A stretch of 63,181 nucleotides of DNA, the filler included, from Rhabdomonas costata (Eukaryota), in the NCBI GenBank assembly GCA_019059605.1. It is 51 parts of 51 records of this genome, joined end to end, with 100 filler letters (N's around TTAATTAATTAA, not from the genome) between each part and the next. Parts side by side here need not be neighbours in the genome. Positions count along the whole stretch, not along the records: positions 1 to 1,141 come from JAHMHO010026558.1; positions 1,242 to 2,381 come from JAHMHO010026559.1; positions 2,482 to 3,622 come from JAHMHO010026560.1; positions 3,723 to 4,863 come from JAHMHO010026561.1; positions 4,964 to 6,104 come from JAHMHO010026562.1; positions 6,205 to 7,345 come from JAHMHO010026563.1; positions 7,446 to 8,586 come from JAHMHO010026564.1; positions 8,687 to 9,827 come from JAHMHO010026565.1; 43 more parts are not named here. One strand, 5' to 3'. The notes under the pieces are model-generated. The model saw only the letters and a list, made by a program, of their open reading frames with translations. It ran no database searches and was not told the origin of the DNA. Position numbers and translations under genes: made by a program. Of the stretch, positions 1 through 11,650 are shown in pieces. The stretch's first letter is position 1. Every line of letters starts with the position of its first letter.

Positions 1-856
1 TGTGGTGTGGAAGAAGATGTGAAGTTATAGCCGACGATTTTTATAGCGATGTGTTACAATTTGATGATGACACATTGTTTTGACCTGTTACTTCAGTGAT
101 GCATCATCATCTCCTTTAAAATACCTCGGTAGATGATGATGCCTCACTGAAGTAACAGGTCAAAGCAATGTGTCACCATCAAATTGTAACACATCGCTAT
201 AAAAATCGTCGGCTATAACTTCACTTCTTCTTCCGCACCAAACTCTGGACAAATGGCTCGTCATGCAATTGGACGCAACATTACCTCTCCGTAAGTATCA
301 TCCAGTGAACCTTTTTAATCCGTCACACCATGTGGAAAGTCCTCAAAGTGTACTCGCAAAGCATCAAGATACCACTCTGTGTGCCCTTGAAATGCGGACT
401 GCACAGATCTTTTATCCGCTCTCCTCTGTAACTCTATGAAACGCTCCGCCATACCGTCTCCCCAAGCTCTGGCTTCGGTGGAAACATCCACCACCTGTGG
501 TTCCACGTCTCTGGCCGATGCTCTGTAAACTGTTTGCCATCTTCCGGCCATACACTCTATGAGCTGTCTTTGCTCACCTCCTCCAGATCTGGCTCTGTAA
601 GGGTGTGTTAATGCTCTGGTTTGGGTGTTACAACTTCGTCCTCTTCTGGAAGCTTTGCATATGTGAACGATTCGCCATCCGCTTCCAGGTAAAACTCTGA
701 TACTGATCAACACATCCTGACCCACACATAATATGTAAGGTCCCACCAGAAAACACCGGATGGTATCCGTATTTCAGGTAGAATGGGCTTAACTATCTAC
801 TGGCAACAGGTTCACATCCAAGTCGTGCATTGATACGAAACAATCAGCGTATTTAT

Positions 857-1085
857 CACATGCTTTATGGTCTCGTTGGTAGTTTCGGCTTGTCCGTTGG
901 TCTGCGGATGTTACGGCGATAATACTATGCTATTGGTGTCCAGGAATACCATAAGACATCTCAAGAACACTGACATGAAGATAGTATCTCTATCGCTTAA
1001 AATACTCCTCGGTAAACCGTGGTGTCCCACCACCTCCAACCAGAACAACTCTGCATTCATTTTGTTATGGAAAGGCACCTTTCTC
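857..1085 (-). pseudogene. Decayed Ty3/Gypsy integrase core fragment
   Basis: LFWLEVVGHHGLPRSILSDRDTIFMSVF...LSP*HPQTNGQAETTNETI matches the integrase consensus HGLP..IVSDRD..F...YHPQTDGQ.ER.N; TAA at 911-913 replaces the Tyr. Confidence 0.85.
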
Positions 1086-1141
1086 TTGATGTTATTGAAC
1101 TTGTAATTGCGCGTGATCATAGCGGCCGTCATGGACACTCA

Positions 1142-1241
1142 NNNNNNNNNNNNNNNNNNNNNNNNNNNNNNNNNNNNNNNNNNNNTTAATTAATTAANNN
1201 NNNNNNNNNNNNNNNNNNNNNNNNNNNNNNNNNNNNNNNNN
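1142..1241. other. Artificial contig spacer (first of 50, recurring about every 1241 nt)
   Basis: 44 N + TTAATTAATTAA (stops in all six frames) + 44 N, identical throughout; flanking sequences are unrelated. Confidence 0.99.
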
Positions 1242-3829
1242 TGTTTTAAAGGGAAAATTGTCACGCCATGAAACTGTGTGCTTTATGAAAATGTTTTCGT
1301 TGCGTCTTTCGACCTGATTTCCGAGGAATCCTTCACAAAATTTCCTGGTTATCGTCAGTAAAAACAACTCAGCGCGACAAGCCGCACCGCTTCGTTCAAT
1401 GGTGATTGTGCAAACGTGGTTCCATTTCATTCTAAGTGTACCGATGTTGCCTTTGATGTAGAAGATCGGACATATGTTCAATCACAAATCTACAACGATC
1501 CTTGAAACCGTTGAAATAGTTCTGTGTAATCACAACAATTTCCAAAAGAGCTTCACCATTGAATACACGTTGGTCTCAGTGGCTTGGTGTCTACGTAAAT
1601 GTGTACTAATTGCATTGGATTGCGTGTTTTCACGTTCAACAACAGCACACCTATATCCACCTCGAGCTTGCTCTGACCACCACCGCACTCTCTGAACCGT
1701 TTGATTTAATTAGTGCGGTTGTTATAAAGCACAGCGACACTCAAAATGGTGAGTTAAAGTATCTCATTGAATACAGCTCCATTACTTTTTGGTTTTACGA
1801 AGCTGTATTTGCCGGCGGAGCGACAGAAACGACCTTGGGTGCGCTCTGTACTTCCTGTGTAACTCCTGGGCTCATTTAAACTTATTACTCAAACTCAACG
1901 TTTCGCCACCATTTCACCTGCTTGTCTCTCTCAAACACTTAAATTAAATGAACCTCAAGTGCAGGTCGTCAACAAAATGACAACCTCTAAATATCATGGC
2001 TTCCAGTGTAAACTGACGTATTTCAAAATATTAGCTTACACAATCTCCTCAAATGTTGTACTCAAAAGTGTCGGAAAAGAACTACGTCTTCACGTAGGAT
2101 GCAAAAGCGTCTCACGTATCGAACGTTTGAGTGTCTGCCACTGTGCCTATGGCGTACAATCCCATTTCTCGGAAGACTTCTAATGTGATTGCAATCTGGT
2201 AGTTCAGACGCCAGTTTATATTTTCTACTCCACAGAGATTATCAAATACAGTAAATTTTATTGATTACCGTTGCTTGGATGAACTCGTTTGTGCAATTTC
2301 ATCAGTGCTACTGTATCTCTACCTGAACCATCTGGGCTATTATTACTCTCTGCCAACTTGCGAAGAATTCTTGCCATCACTNNNNNNNNNNNNNNNNNNN
2401 NNNNNNNNNNNNNNNNNNNNNNNNNTTAATTAATTAANNNNNNNNNNNNNNNNNNNNNNNNNNNNNNNNNNNNNNNNNNNNGTTGCAACCAACTCCACAC
2501 TTTTGTCGCATGACGTTTTGCCTTGCGTAGCATTGTTCCACACTCCCTTGCGCAAAGGGCTCAGTGCCGAGGAAACCCTGGCACAGCTCACGGAAGGGCA
2601 CGAGACCGCGAAGAAGCTGAAAGCGCTCTTGGAACAGTCGCTACCAGAGGCTATGCTGCCATTTCTGAAGCAAATGGGGCGCAGGCCCACGCTTGAGGAG
2701 ATAGTTCTCCTTACGGACGTGCCCTTTGCCGCGGTGATGCGTCAAATTACCTTTCGATCTCACCCGGTGTGCCGTGTGCGCATAGGTTGTTAAAAATTCT
2801 TCTAGAAAGATGGAGGTCCTTTTTGGATGGCAGTTTGATCGGCGGTGTCTGATCGGCACCCATTTGTTTTTTCCGTATCGGTCCTGAAGTCGTTCCCCTT
2901 TTTATCGTCAAGCACCCCGAACGTAGTTTCTAACCTACATTAGGGTGGTGGCTGCCTTCGCAGGATGAAGCTCCGGAGGACGTTCTGGAGGAGATTGCGG
3001 TGGATCACCGCGCTTCGCAAGTGCATAGCACTGCGACCAGGCTGGTTAAGGAGAGGGGCTGTGGGGTCATACTCACCCCCTTATCGGCCACCCAGCTTTG
3101 TTGTGACGCTGGTCGTTGCGTGGCGGTGACCGAGTCTGCCGGGCGGCTCCTTGTCGGGCCCGGTCCAGTAGTGACGTGGTTCCAGGAGCGGGTGCGTTTT
3201 CCTTGCTGTTTATCTTTTGAGGTCACTTTTGAAATCACCCATGTTGCTGGTTTTAAGTGGAAATCGTGGGCCGCTGAAAAACGAGGTACCAGAAGTGAGG
3301 GGGGTGGAATGTGGGAGACAGACCTATCCACGAAAAGCGAACAGCAACAACAACAACAAAAACAAAGCTTCGTCAGTGTTCCAAACCTGCTGGGTTGTCC
3401 TCAATTGTTCTCCGTTCTCCTAATGAAGGAAGAGAAGTTTGCTGAGCTTGAGGACGGGAGTCCACGGGGCAGCAGCAGTGGGCTCTCGTCTCCTCGAAGT
3501 GCTCTGAAGAAGCCGAGGAACGCGCCTGCTAGCTGCCCCAAAGATATCCTGACCACTGGCAGCTCTCCTTTCTCCTCGGTGTTGACGGAATCTTGGCAAT
3601 CGCTTTACTCCCCCACAACAACNNNNNNNNNNNNNNNNNNNNNNNNNNNNNNNNNNNNNNNNNNNNTTAATTAATTAANNNNNNNNNNNNNNNNNNNNNN
3701 NNNNNNNNNNNNNNNNNNNNNNGTTGGTGCATACGTTGAACAAGAGCCACACCCGTGGGAAAAAGTGAAGTTCTTCTACGGTCCCATTTTCCTATTGGGC
3801 AAGGGACGGAGAGTGGAGTAGGAAGACAC

Positions 3830-4668
3830 CTTCACAGCCTGGGGCCCACCCAGGGGGATCCCGTCAGCAGTAAAAGCGCGGAGCCAGACATGGTACTGCC
3901 CCGCCAAATCTGCGGAGTGATAAGCCACAGCGAAGCCCTCTGCCCAGGCCACCACAGAGGGGGACATGCCCAGGCTGCCGTCCTGCGTCACATCGGGAGA
4001 GGAGGAGTTATTGCTAGAATACCTCGATTTAGAAGGCGGAGAGACAGTGATTGGAGCTAATCTCATTTGGCCCTCTATTTTGTTGGATTCACCGCCAATT
4101 ACAAACGAAAGAGATGCAGAATTTGGTGGAATAAGGCCCGCTTAAAGGGAGTACCTCGGGCAGTTCGGGGTTCCCTCCACGAGTCCACGAGTCTCTTTTT
4201 CTACGTCCGATTTTCACCATGACGGCTTCGTTCACGTGATGCGTTCAGGGAGTTGTTCACCCCCACCGGGGGTGAAGATGGTTGCGGGTTTCAGATTTGG
4301 CGGATTCGTGTTCACGTTCACGTTCAGGTGGTTTTCGAATGAGGTACGGGACCCCTCGCACTCTGCTCACTCCCTTCAGGAGATGCACTGCCCTTTCATT
4401 TCGAGCTTTGTCAGTGGTTGCTTGTGCACGTTGTACTATTGATTCGCAAAAGTGAAGCGAGAACAGCATTCTGCTTGTGAACATGCCGTAGAATCTGCAG
4501 CGCTGATTGTAAAGGTTGGCAGAGGGGCGCACTCCATGCCCTGACCGCTTGCCACGGTGCAATTCATGATTCGCCCCAGAACACGCTTGCCGTCACCCGA
4601 GCTGAATATCACCACGACGTTGGGGTCCCATGGCTGAGTCGAGGTCCGCGAGACCACGCTGGGGCCCG
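3830..4668 (-). CDS. Partial spliced gene, beta-rich repeat protein, probably extracellular
   Basis: Exon 3830-3982 (AG...GT bounded) encodes DGSLGMSPSVVAWAEGFAVAYHSADLAGQYHVWLRAFTADGIPLGGPQAVK; a second exon starting at 4668 encodes a similar unit (GPSVVS...VVVIFSSGDGKRVLGRIMN). Confidence 0.45.
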
Positions 4669-4971
4669 CTGGAAAAACCCACATAACTCAGTACATAAAT
4701 GGGATACATCATGATTGCCAGTTTTCCAGTATATTATCACCTCCCTCGTAACCCGCACCACCCCACCCGTCTTTCCTTCGATGGCATCGGCTGCGGCAGA
4801 ATCGGTGCAGGACTTCTCGAGGACACAGGAATCCGGTCGTCAGCACCGGCGAGCACCCCAACCNNNNNNNNNNNNNNNNNNNNNNNNNNNNNNNNNNNNN
4901 NNNNNNNTTAATTAATTAANNNNNNNNNNNNNNNNNNNNNNNNNNNNNNNNNNNNNNNNNNNNGGTGGGGG

Positions 4972-6104
4972 GTGAACGCAGTCGCCATTTCTCCCGATGG
5001 CAGCCGTGTTGTCAGCGGAAGTGACGACAAGACTATCAGGGTGTGGAATCTTGGGACAGGAGAGCAGGAAAGAACTCTTCGTGGGCACGCTGGTTTCGTG
5101 TATTCCGTTGCCGTCACTCCCGATGGCACCTGCATTGTCAGTGCGAGTGATGACAAGATGATTATAGTTTGGAGTGTGGGGACAGGAAAGGTGAAGACAG
5201 TTCTGTCTGGGCATTATAGCGCGGTGCACTCTGTTGCCGTGACTCCCGATGGCACCCGCGTTGTCAGTGGAAGTGATGACAGGAAAATCAAGGTCTGGAA
5301 TCTGGAGAGTGGGAGGGAGGAAAAATGTCTAACTGGGCACACTCGCGGGGTGACCTCCGTTGCTGTCACTCCCGATGGCGCTGGCGTTGTCAGCGCAAGC
5401 AACGGCAGAACGATTAGGGTGTGGAACCTGGAGACAGCAACGGGGGAAAGCATCCTTGTTGGGCACACTGGTCCAGTCAAGTCCGTCGTGATTACGTTCG
5501 ATGGCACCCGCGTCGTCACAGGAAGTGATGACAAGACGATTAAAGTATGGGCTCTGGGTAAAGGAAGGAAGGAAAGAACTTTTGCTGGACACTGTCGTGG
5601 CGTGAATTCAATTACCGTTACTCCCGATGACTTCTGGATTGTCAGTGGAAGTGATGACAAGACAGTTAAGGTATGGAATCTGGAGACCGGGAGAGAGGAA
5701 AGAACACTTGCTAGCCACACTGGTTTCGTGAGGTCAGTTTTCGTTGCTGCGGATGGAAGCCTCGTGGTCAGCGGAAGTGATGACAAGACGATTAAGGTGT
5801 GGAGTCTGTTGACTGGAAAGGAGGAAAGAACTCTTGCCGGACACAGTTGTGAGGTCAGATCGGTTGCCATCACTCCGGACGGAACCCGCGTTGTGAGTGG
5901 AAGTGATGACAAATCGATAAAGGTGTGGTACCTGGAGACCAGAAAGGACGAAAGAGCTCTTGCTGGGCACACTTCTTTCGTAACATCCGTTGCCGTCACC
6001 CCCGATGGCACCCGCATTGTTAGTGGAAGTGGTGATCGTTCTATCAAGGTTTGGAATTTGGGCACGGCGAAGGAGGAGAAAGCTCTTGTTGGACATGCTC
6101 AAAC
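4972..6104 (+). CDS. WD40-repeat protein fragment, about 9 highly similar 42-aa repeats, open at both ends
   Basis: Uninterrupted ORF across the contig with repeats GH...V.SVAVTPDGTRVVSGSDDKTIKVWNLETG.EERTL. Confidence 0.95.
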
Positions 6105-6267
6105 NNNNNNNNNNNNNNNNNNNNNNNNNNNNNNNNNNNNNNNNNNNNTTAATTAATTAANNNNNNNNNNNNNNNNNNNNNNNNNNNNNNNNNNNNNNNN
6201 NNNNGGTGGGGTTGGATGAAGCTTTCCTTCTTTTCTTGTTTCCTTGTTTCCTTCTTTGGTGGGTTAG

Positions 6268-6559
6268 CTCGGACTCGCTGCCGCTGCACGGCTTTGCGGA
6301 AAATGGGCGGCCGCTGTGTGTGGCGCTGCTGCTGTCCGCCCGTGCGAACCCCGCCGACACCAACGGCGGAAATCGGACCCCGCTGCAGTTGGCGGAGCAG
6401 AAGGCCTGCGGGGCGTGCATGGCGGCATACCGGTGGGTACCGGGCACCGAGCGCTACATTGTCGAAGTCCCGCGGCCCCAGAGCTGCTCGTGCCCCCCGG
6501 CGCTGCAAGGGCTGTGGCCGTGCTTGCGCCTCCTGTACAAGGCGCGGGCGGACCAGGAG
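6268..6559 (+). CDS. Exon of an ankyrin-repeat protein
   Basis: Pyrimidine tract + AG before, GTATGC after; encodes LPLHGFAENGRPLCVALLLSARANPADTNGGNRTPLQLAEQK, matching the ankyrin consensus. Confidence 0.7.
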
Positions 6560-9284
6560 GTATGCGTGTCGCGCGCGCATGCGTGTGGGGTGTGTGAATT
6601 CGTTCGCTCCGATGTCTCTACCCCTCGCAGTTTCCTGCAGCCGGCAGCGCCCTTCGAGGTGCTAGTGCAGCAGGTCTGTAGCGTCCATTGCGAAGCGCTC
6701 CACAGCTGCGCGTGGGTTGGAACATCGACTGCTCTGTCATCTTCATGGGTTCTTTGAAGGGGGTGTTTTCCCCCGCACCTTGAGTGCGCGTCACTCCCGA
6801 CCTGACAACGTCTCCATCTTCCTGTCTTCCTTTTTGTAACTGCTGTACTCCTTAGCCCAAGCCGTACTTTGTATCATCTGTGCCAGCCCCTGTCCATGGC
6901 TAGGGGGGAGGGCTGCCCTTCACCCTTCACCATCACGCCTGAGTGAGATCAGCATGTCCAATGTCCCATGTTCCTGGCTGGTGGACCGGTGAATGGGCAC
7001 CAGGAACACAGCTTGAGATGGATGGGGATATCCCTCTGAGCATTCTTCACTTTCGGTGCCCCAGCTAGCCCCGTGAGCGAAGGGATTGACGGCTGGAATG
7101 AATTCGCTGGGTGCCCCCGTAGCGGACCTTGAGCCCCCCCATACGGGATATGCCTCAAGCACCAGTGTTGGACGGGTGAGGTTCGCGGGTGGAGGGGGCG
7201 AGGATGTGCGCAATCGAGGTTCAGCATCTTACTCCCTCACCTCGTCTTTCTCCCAGCTGGTTGCTGTTAAGCAATGGAAGTTTTGCTCAAACGGGGACAC
7301 CTACTCAGCTCCGCGTCCGTGTCTTCGTGCTCTACCACCCACACCNNNNNNNNNNNNNNNNNNNNNNNNNNNNNNNNNNNNNNNNNNNNTTAATTAATTA
7401 ANNNNNNNNNNNNNNNNNNNNNNNNNNNNNNNNNNNNNNNNNNNNGGTGGGGTGTACTTGGGCTGATGATGGCGATTGCCGTGCCGGGGGGACAAAGATC
7501 CCCGCCACGGCAATCGCCATCATCAGCCCAAGTACAACCCAGAAGGACACAGCCTTTGGAAGTAACCTCCGCAGCGGCATCTTTCTACGACACCGCAGAC
7601 ATGACCCGGCGGCAGCGGTGAAATGGCAGTCGAGAAGAAGGGCAAGCCCTGCCTCTCCCCTCCCCCTAAAAGGGGTCTATGAGTGAGTAAAAGAAGCAAC
7701 CCAAGGAAGCGGAACAATGGAGGAGGGCACTAAATTGAAAAAGAAGAGCAATCCCTGGAGCAGACAGCATGGTGTCAATAGCAATAGAATCACTGTGAAA
7801 CTTCACGGGGTCTGGAAAATCTCTCTGTGTGTGGGGTAAAGAGAAGTCACATCGCTTCCAAAAAATGGCACGAGCGCATCAGTGCGGTAGGGTCCCGGGC
7901 CGTCGCGAGGCCGTGCTGTTTCCATAATTTACAAGCCTCTTCGGCCACGCTGTGACATAGTGAGAATAGTATTTCAGGGAGATCTCAGAAGGGCACGTCT
8001 TCACAACACCATCAACTATCAACTGCATTTCGACCACGCACCACGTTCAGGAAAAACCACACCTATCACACCAATCTCTTTCAGACGGTGCCTCCGCAGT
8101 ATTCAAATTTGGTAAGCATAATTCCAGTGGGCATCATAAGAAAACGGAATTCGAACACGCGCTACAACAAGCACAGGTGACACACACTGCTGCACAGAAG
8201 GACGGCGCAGGTGTCTGCACAGGGCATCAATAATCTCGCGAGGTCCGTCGAACGCATCACCACCACCACCCACCCGGCTCTTGCTACCGTTGCCTTGCCA
8301 TTCGCAAGGCAGGACCGCAGGGGGAGGGGAGGGTGGTGGGGCGATCTAAGCCAGAGCCTCGCACACAGAAATAGGCACGCAAGCACTGAGCAGGGACCAC
8401 TGCCGGTGGGCAACCCTCCGCGGGTGGCCTACCACTTCCCCCCACACACCTCAGCACTCCAACTCCAAACCACACAGCAGAGGCACCGGTACAACAAAGG
8501 CGAAGGGGAACAGCGCGATCACCACAGAAATGCGGGCAAACCGCAGCCGATGCAAGACCTCCCACACACCCCAAACACACACAACANNNNNNNNNNNNNN
8601 NNNNNNNNNNNNNNNNNNNNNNNNNNNNNNTTAATTAATTAANNNNNNNNNNNNNNNNNNNNNNNNNNNNNNNNNNNNNNNNNNNNGTTTTGTTTGCTTC
8701 CCGCTGCAGAAGCATTCTGCCATTCTTTGCTTCTCATATGTCACTCACGTGAAAGAACACTGCTTGTGTTGTGCTGTGACGCTCTTTGCTACTGCGATGT
8801 GCAGGTACTGTTTTGCTGACAATAAAGTCGCCTTTGTTTTATGGTTTTCGCGTGCGCGCGTGTGGAAACCTGTGTGAAAAAACCACGTTTGATTGAAAGG
8901 AGATGGGGCGCCAAGCTCGGATTTGAGCCGATGCCTCGGGTCCCTTGGTGAACTCTTGATTCAGTGAGGTTGAGCTGCATGTGTCTGGAATCTGCTGGGC
9001 GGTCTCTAGCTGCGTGTGCAACAACGAGAGAATGCGAGTGAACGTCCCTAGTTACCCAGCTTGATAAAAGTTCGCTTAAAGCCAAAGGAACGGGAAACAC
9101 CCAATACCAAAGAAGGGAAATTCCGGCAAAGCATACAGTTTTCAACAACTGAGTCTACAACTTGAGTGAAGCAAAGAGGCCTTCAGGGGACCTTCAAGGA
9201 AAGCAACTCAACTCTTGACTTGCTGGTAAGGCCATTTCAGCACATAAAAAAGGGCCAGGGAGGATCCAGCACTCCAGCCCATAC

Positions 9285-9827
9285 CGTGCCGTGGCCGGGT
9301 CAAAGGCCAGGTTCTGCAGCATGGCCGCCTGCAGCCCCAGGACCTCCGGGCTGTGACCCAGCGCCAGGCTTGACCGCAGGCTCTCCAGACCCAGCAAGGG
9401 CGCGCCGCACGACATCATCACGGCCGCCGCGGAGTCGCTGGCTGTGAGGCTAAGCAGCACACCAAGCAGCCTGCGCAGTAGTTCTTGGGGGCGTGGGGCG
9501 GAGGCTGGGAGCAGCCCAAGCAGAGTTGCCAGGCCCCCCTCGAGCTCCATGAACGAAGCCTGACAGGGAACAGGTGGTTGCCGTACAACGAGTGAGTTCC
9601 CGGCTTTCTCGGCCTTAGTCACGGACCGACAAACGGAAAGCAGTCAACGGTTCTTAAATGACTGGAAGCTAGGGGAAGTTGTGTAATTGTGGCACAACAA
9701 AGCAAGGGAGCGATGGCTATAGCGAAAGGGGGAGACGAGGAAAGAGGTAGCTGGTCCTCACACCACGGCGGGCTCATCCACCAGAAGCTGCCATAGCGCA
9801 CCGCAGAGGTGTACCGCCAGAACATCG
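9285..9827 (-). CDS. Two exons of an Armadillo-like helical repeat protein
   Basis: Exon 9285-9559 (AG...GTATGG) encodes FMELEGGLATLLGLL...LLGVLLSLT...AAMLQNLAFD; the upstream exon encodes HLCGALWQLLVD. Confidence 0.55.
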
Positions 9828-11220
9828 NNNNNNNNNNNNNNNNNNNNNNNNNNNNNNNNNNNNNNNNNNNNTTAATTAATTAANNNNNNNNNNNNNNNNN
9901 NNNNNNNNNNNNNNNNNNNNNNNNNNNGGGCTTAGGGATTTCAGGATGTGGGGATTTCTGAGTCGAAGGGTTCACGTGATGGATGTGGTGATGTGCATGA
10001 CTGTACTGCCTTGATGTGTGATGGTGATGCCTTGCGTGTTTCTGGGGCCTTGGGTTTGAGGGTGTGAGGAATTCGAGGGGGTAGGGTGCATTTCTGTGAG
10101 GATTGAGAGTGAGAAGGAGTGTAAAGTGCATTCCTATCGCAGATGCCTTCATCCTTCCTGACTCCGGGATGCCTCGATGCTCTCGACATCCCTCCGTACC
10201 TGATGCTTTACTCCGATTCTTACGTTCCTTGACTCGGGGACACTTACTACTACGGCATGTCGCTAACGCACCATGCCTTCGTTCTTTCATGCTTCTGTCT
10301 TTGTTGCTTCAGTGAGGATTTACGGGATGTAGGGGCATTTTGTGTTCTTTGCTGGTCGTGAGATCCTTGCGTCTCTCACTCCCTATGAATGATGGTTCAC
10401 TCGTTCCCCGGTACCCGGTCCACTCGTTCACCTTACCCTGAGTTCTCTTCCTCCGGCCTCGCCCGGTCGGATCTCCACGTACCGCCTTATGGCGGGGAGT
10501 GGAGAGGAGAGACACGTATAGAAGAGTAAAGAGAGGGAGGGGCGACAACGTACCCCCAACAGCGACAAGCTGACACCAGGAAACCTGCAATGAGCAGTAA
10601 CTTCAGGTGTACTGCCCCCTTCGCAAAGCCTATCCAAAGTTGAGAGCAGAGAGAGCCCCAAAAGGGCACATCATACCCGACTGCAACCCTACTCCCTCGG
10701 CACCATCCCCAACGGGGACTCCGTATGCTCCACCATTTCCACCAGCCGGCGCGGGGAAAGAATATCAAAAAATTTGGACTCCTTTTCCTGCAGTGTGACG
10801 AGGAACTGAGCCACGGCATCCTCACTGGTCATCTCTAACAGAACATGCTCCGCCAATGGCACCATGGTGCCAGAAAACGCACCCGAGCCTCGCAGGGAGG
10901 GCCGCTGGAATAGTTTCTGCGTGGGAGAGTACGACAGAGAGTGCGAAGTGAAGGTCCCCGCGAGAGTAAGTGCGGATGCAAGCCACAGGTGCAAACCACC
11001 AAAACACACAAAGAGCAGCACCAGCACCAGGGAGATGGTCGCCTGCAGTAAATGAATGCACAAACCACNNNNNNNNNNNNNNNNNNNNNNNNNNNNNNNN
11101 NNNNNNNNNNNNTTAATTAATTAANNNNNNNNNNNNNNNNNNNNNNNNNNNNNNNNNNNNNNNNNNNNGGTTTTTGGTTAAACAATTTAAAAAAAAAGCG
11201 CTGGTGCCTTTTGGGGCCGG

Positions 11221-11650
11221 GAGCCCCTCCCTTTTATCTAGTACATTTTCGGGACCCCCTCCCAATTGGTGCATTTTACCCGGGGTAGCTGGTGTCTGCT
11301 TTTTGGGGCCGAGGGTGGATGGGGTAGGTGGCGCGAAGCCGTAGGCGAGTGACTCTGCGCGGCGAAGCGGCGCAGAGTCAAAAAAAAATATGAAAACAAC
11401 TTCTCCCCTTACACAAATGTAAGAAAAGAAATCTGCCGAGGGTAAGCAAAAGAGTCTCTGATTTCTCTTCCTTTCTGGTTGTTTAATGGGTGTACGGGTA
11501 CACCCTCACTTTCTCTTGCCTCGACATTTGAAATCTCACTCCTTTCCGCGTCTAAAAGCATATGAAATCACAAGAAAACCCGGGGTCTGTAAAGTGCACA
11601 AACTGGAGGGGGTCTCCGAAATGCACTAGATAGGGGGGTCCCCATAATGC
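11221..11650. mobile_element. Candidate MITE-like element with imperfect inverted ends
   Basis: 11221-11280 and 11589-11640 are imperfect inverted repeats (ATCTAGTRCATTT..GACCCCCTCC..GTGCAYTTTAC); a related motif recurs at 26682-26770. Confidence 0.5.

Noticed and set aside
1242-2381. Coding-like, lower-GC contig as a decayed viral gene or alternative genetic code
   Set aside because: Stops of several types and frame changes, and no recognisable motif in the frames I translated.
2482-3621. Probable exons of unknown genes (also in contigs starting at 14892, 32266, 39712, 50877, 55843, 60803 and 62043)
   Set aside because: Exon-like composition, but the splice phase and protein family could not be established.
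5214-6065. 283-aa minus-strand ORF
   Set aside because: Antisense shadow of the WD40 repeat gene.
11350-11388. Hairpin with adjacent A/T run as an intrinsic terminator
   Set aside because: The T run precedes the hairpin on the minus strand, and the context is eukaryotic non-coding DNA.
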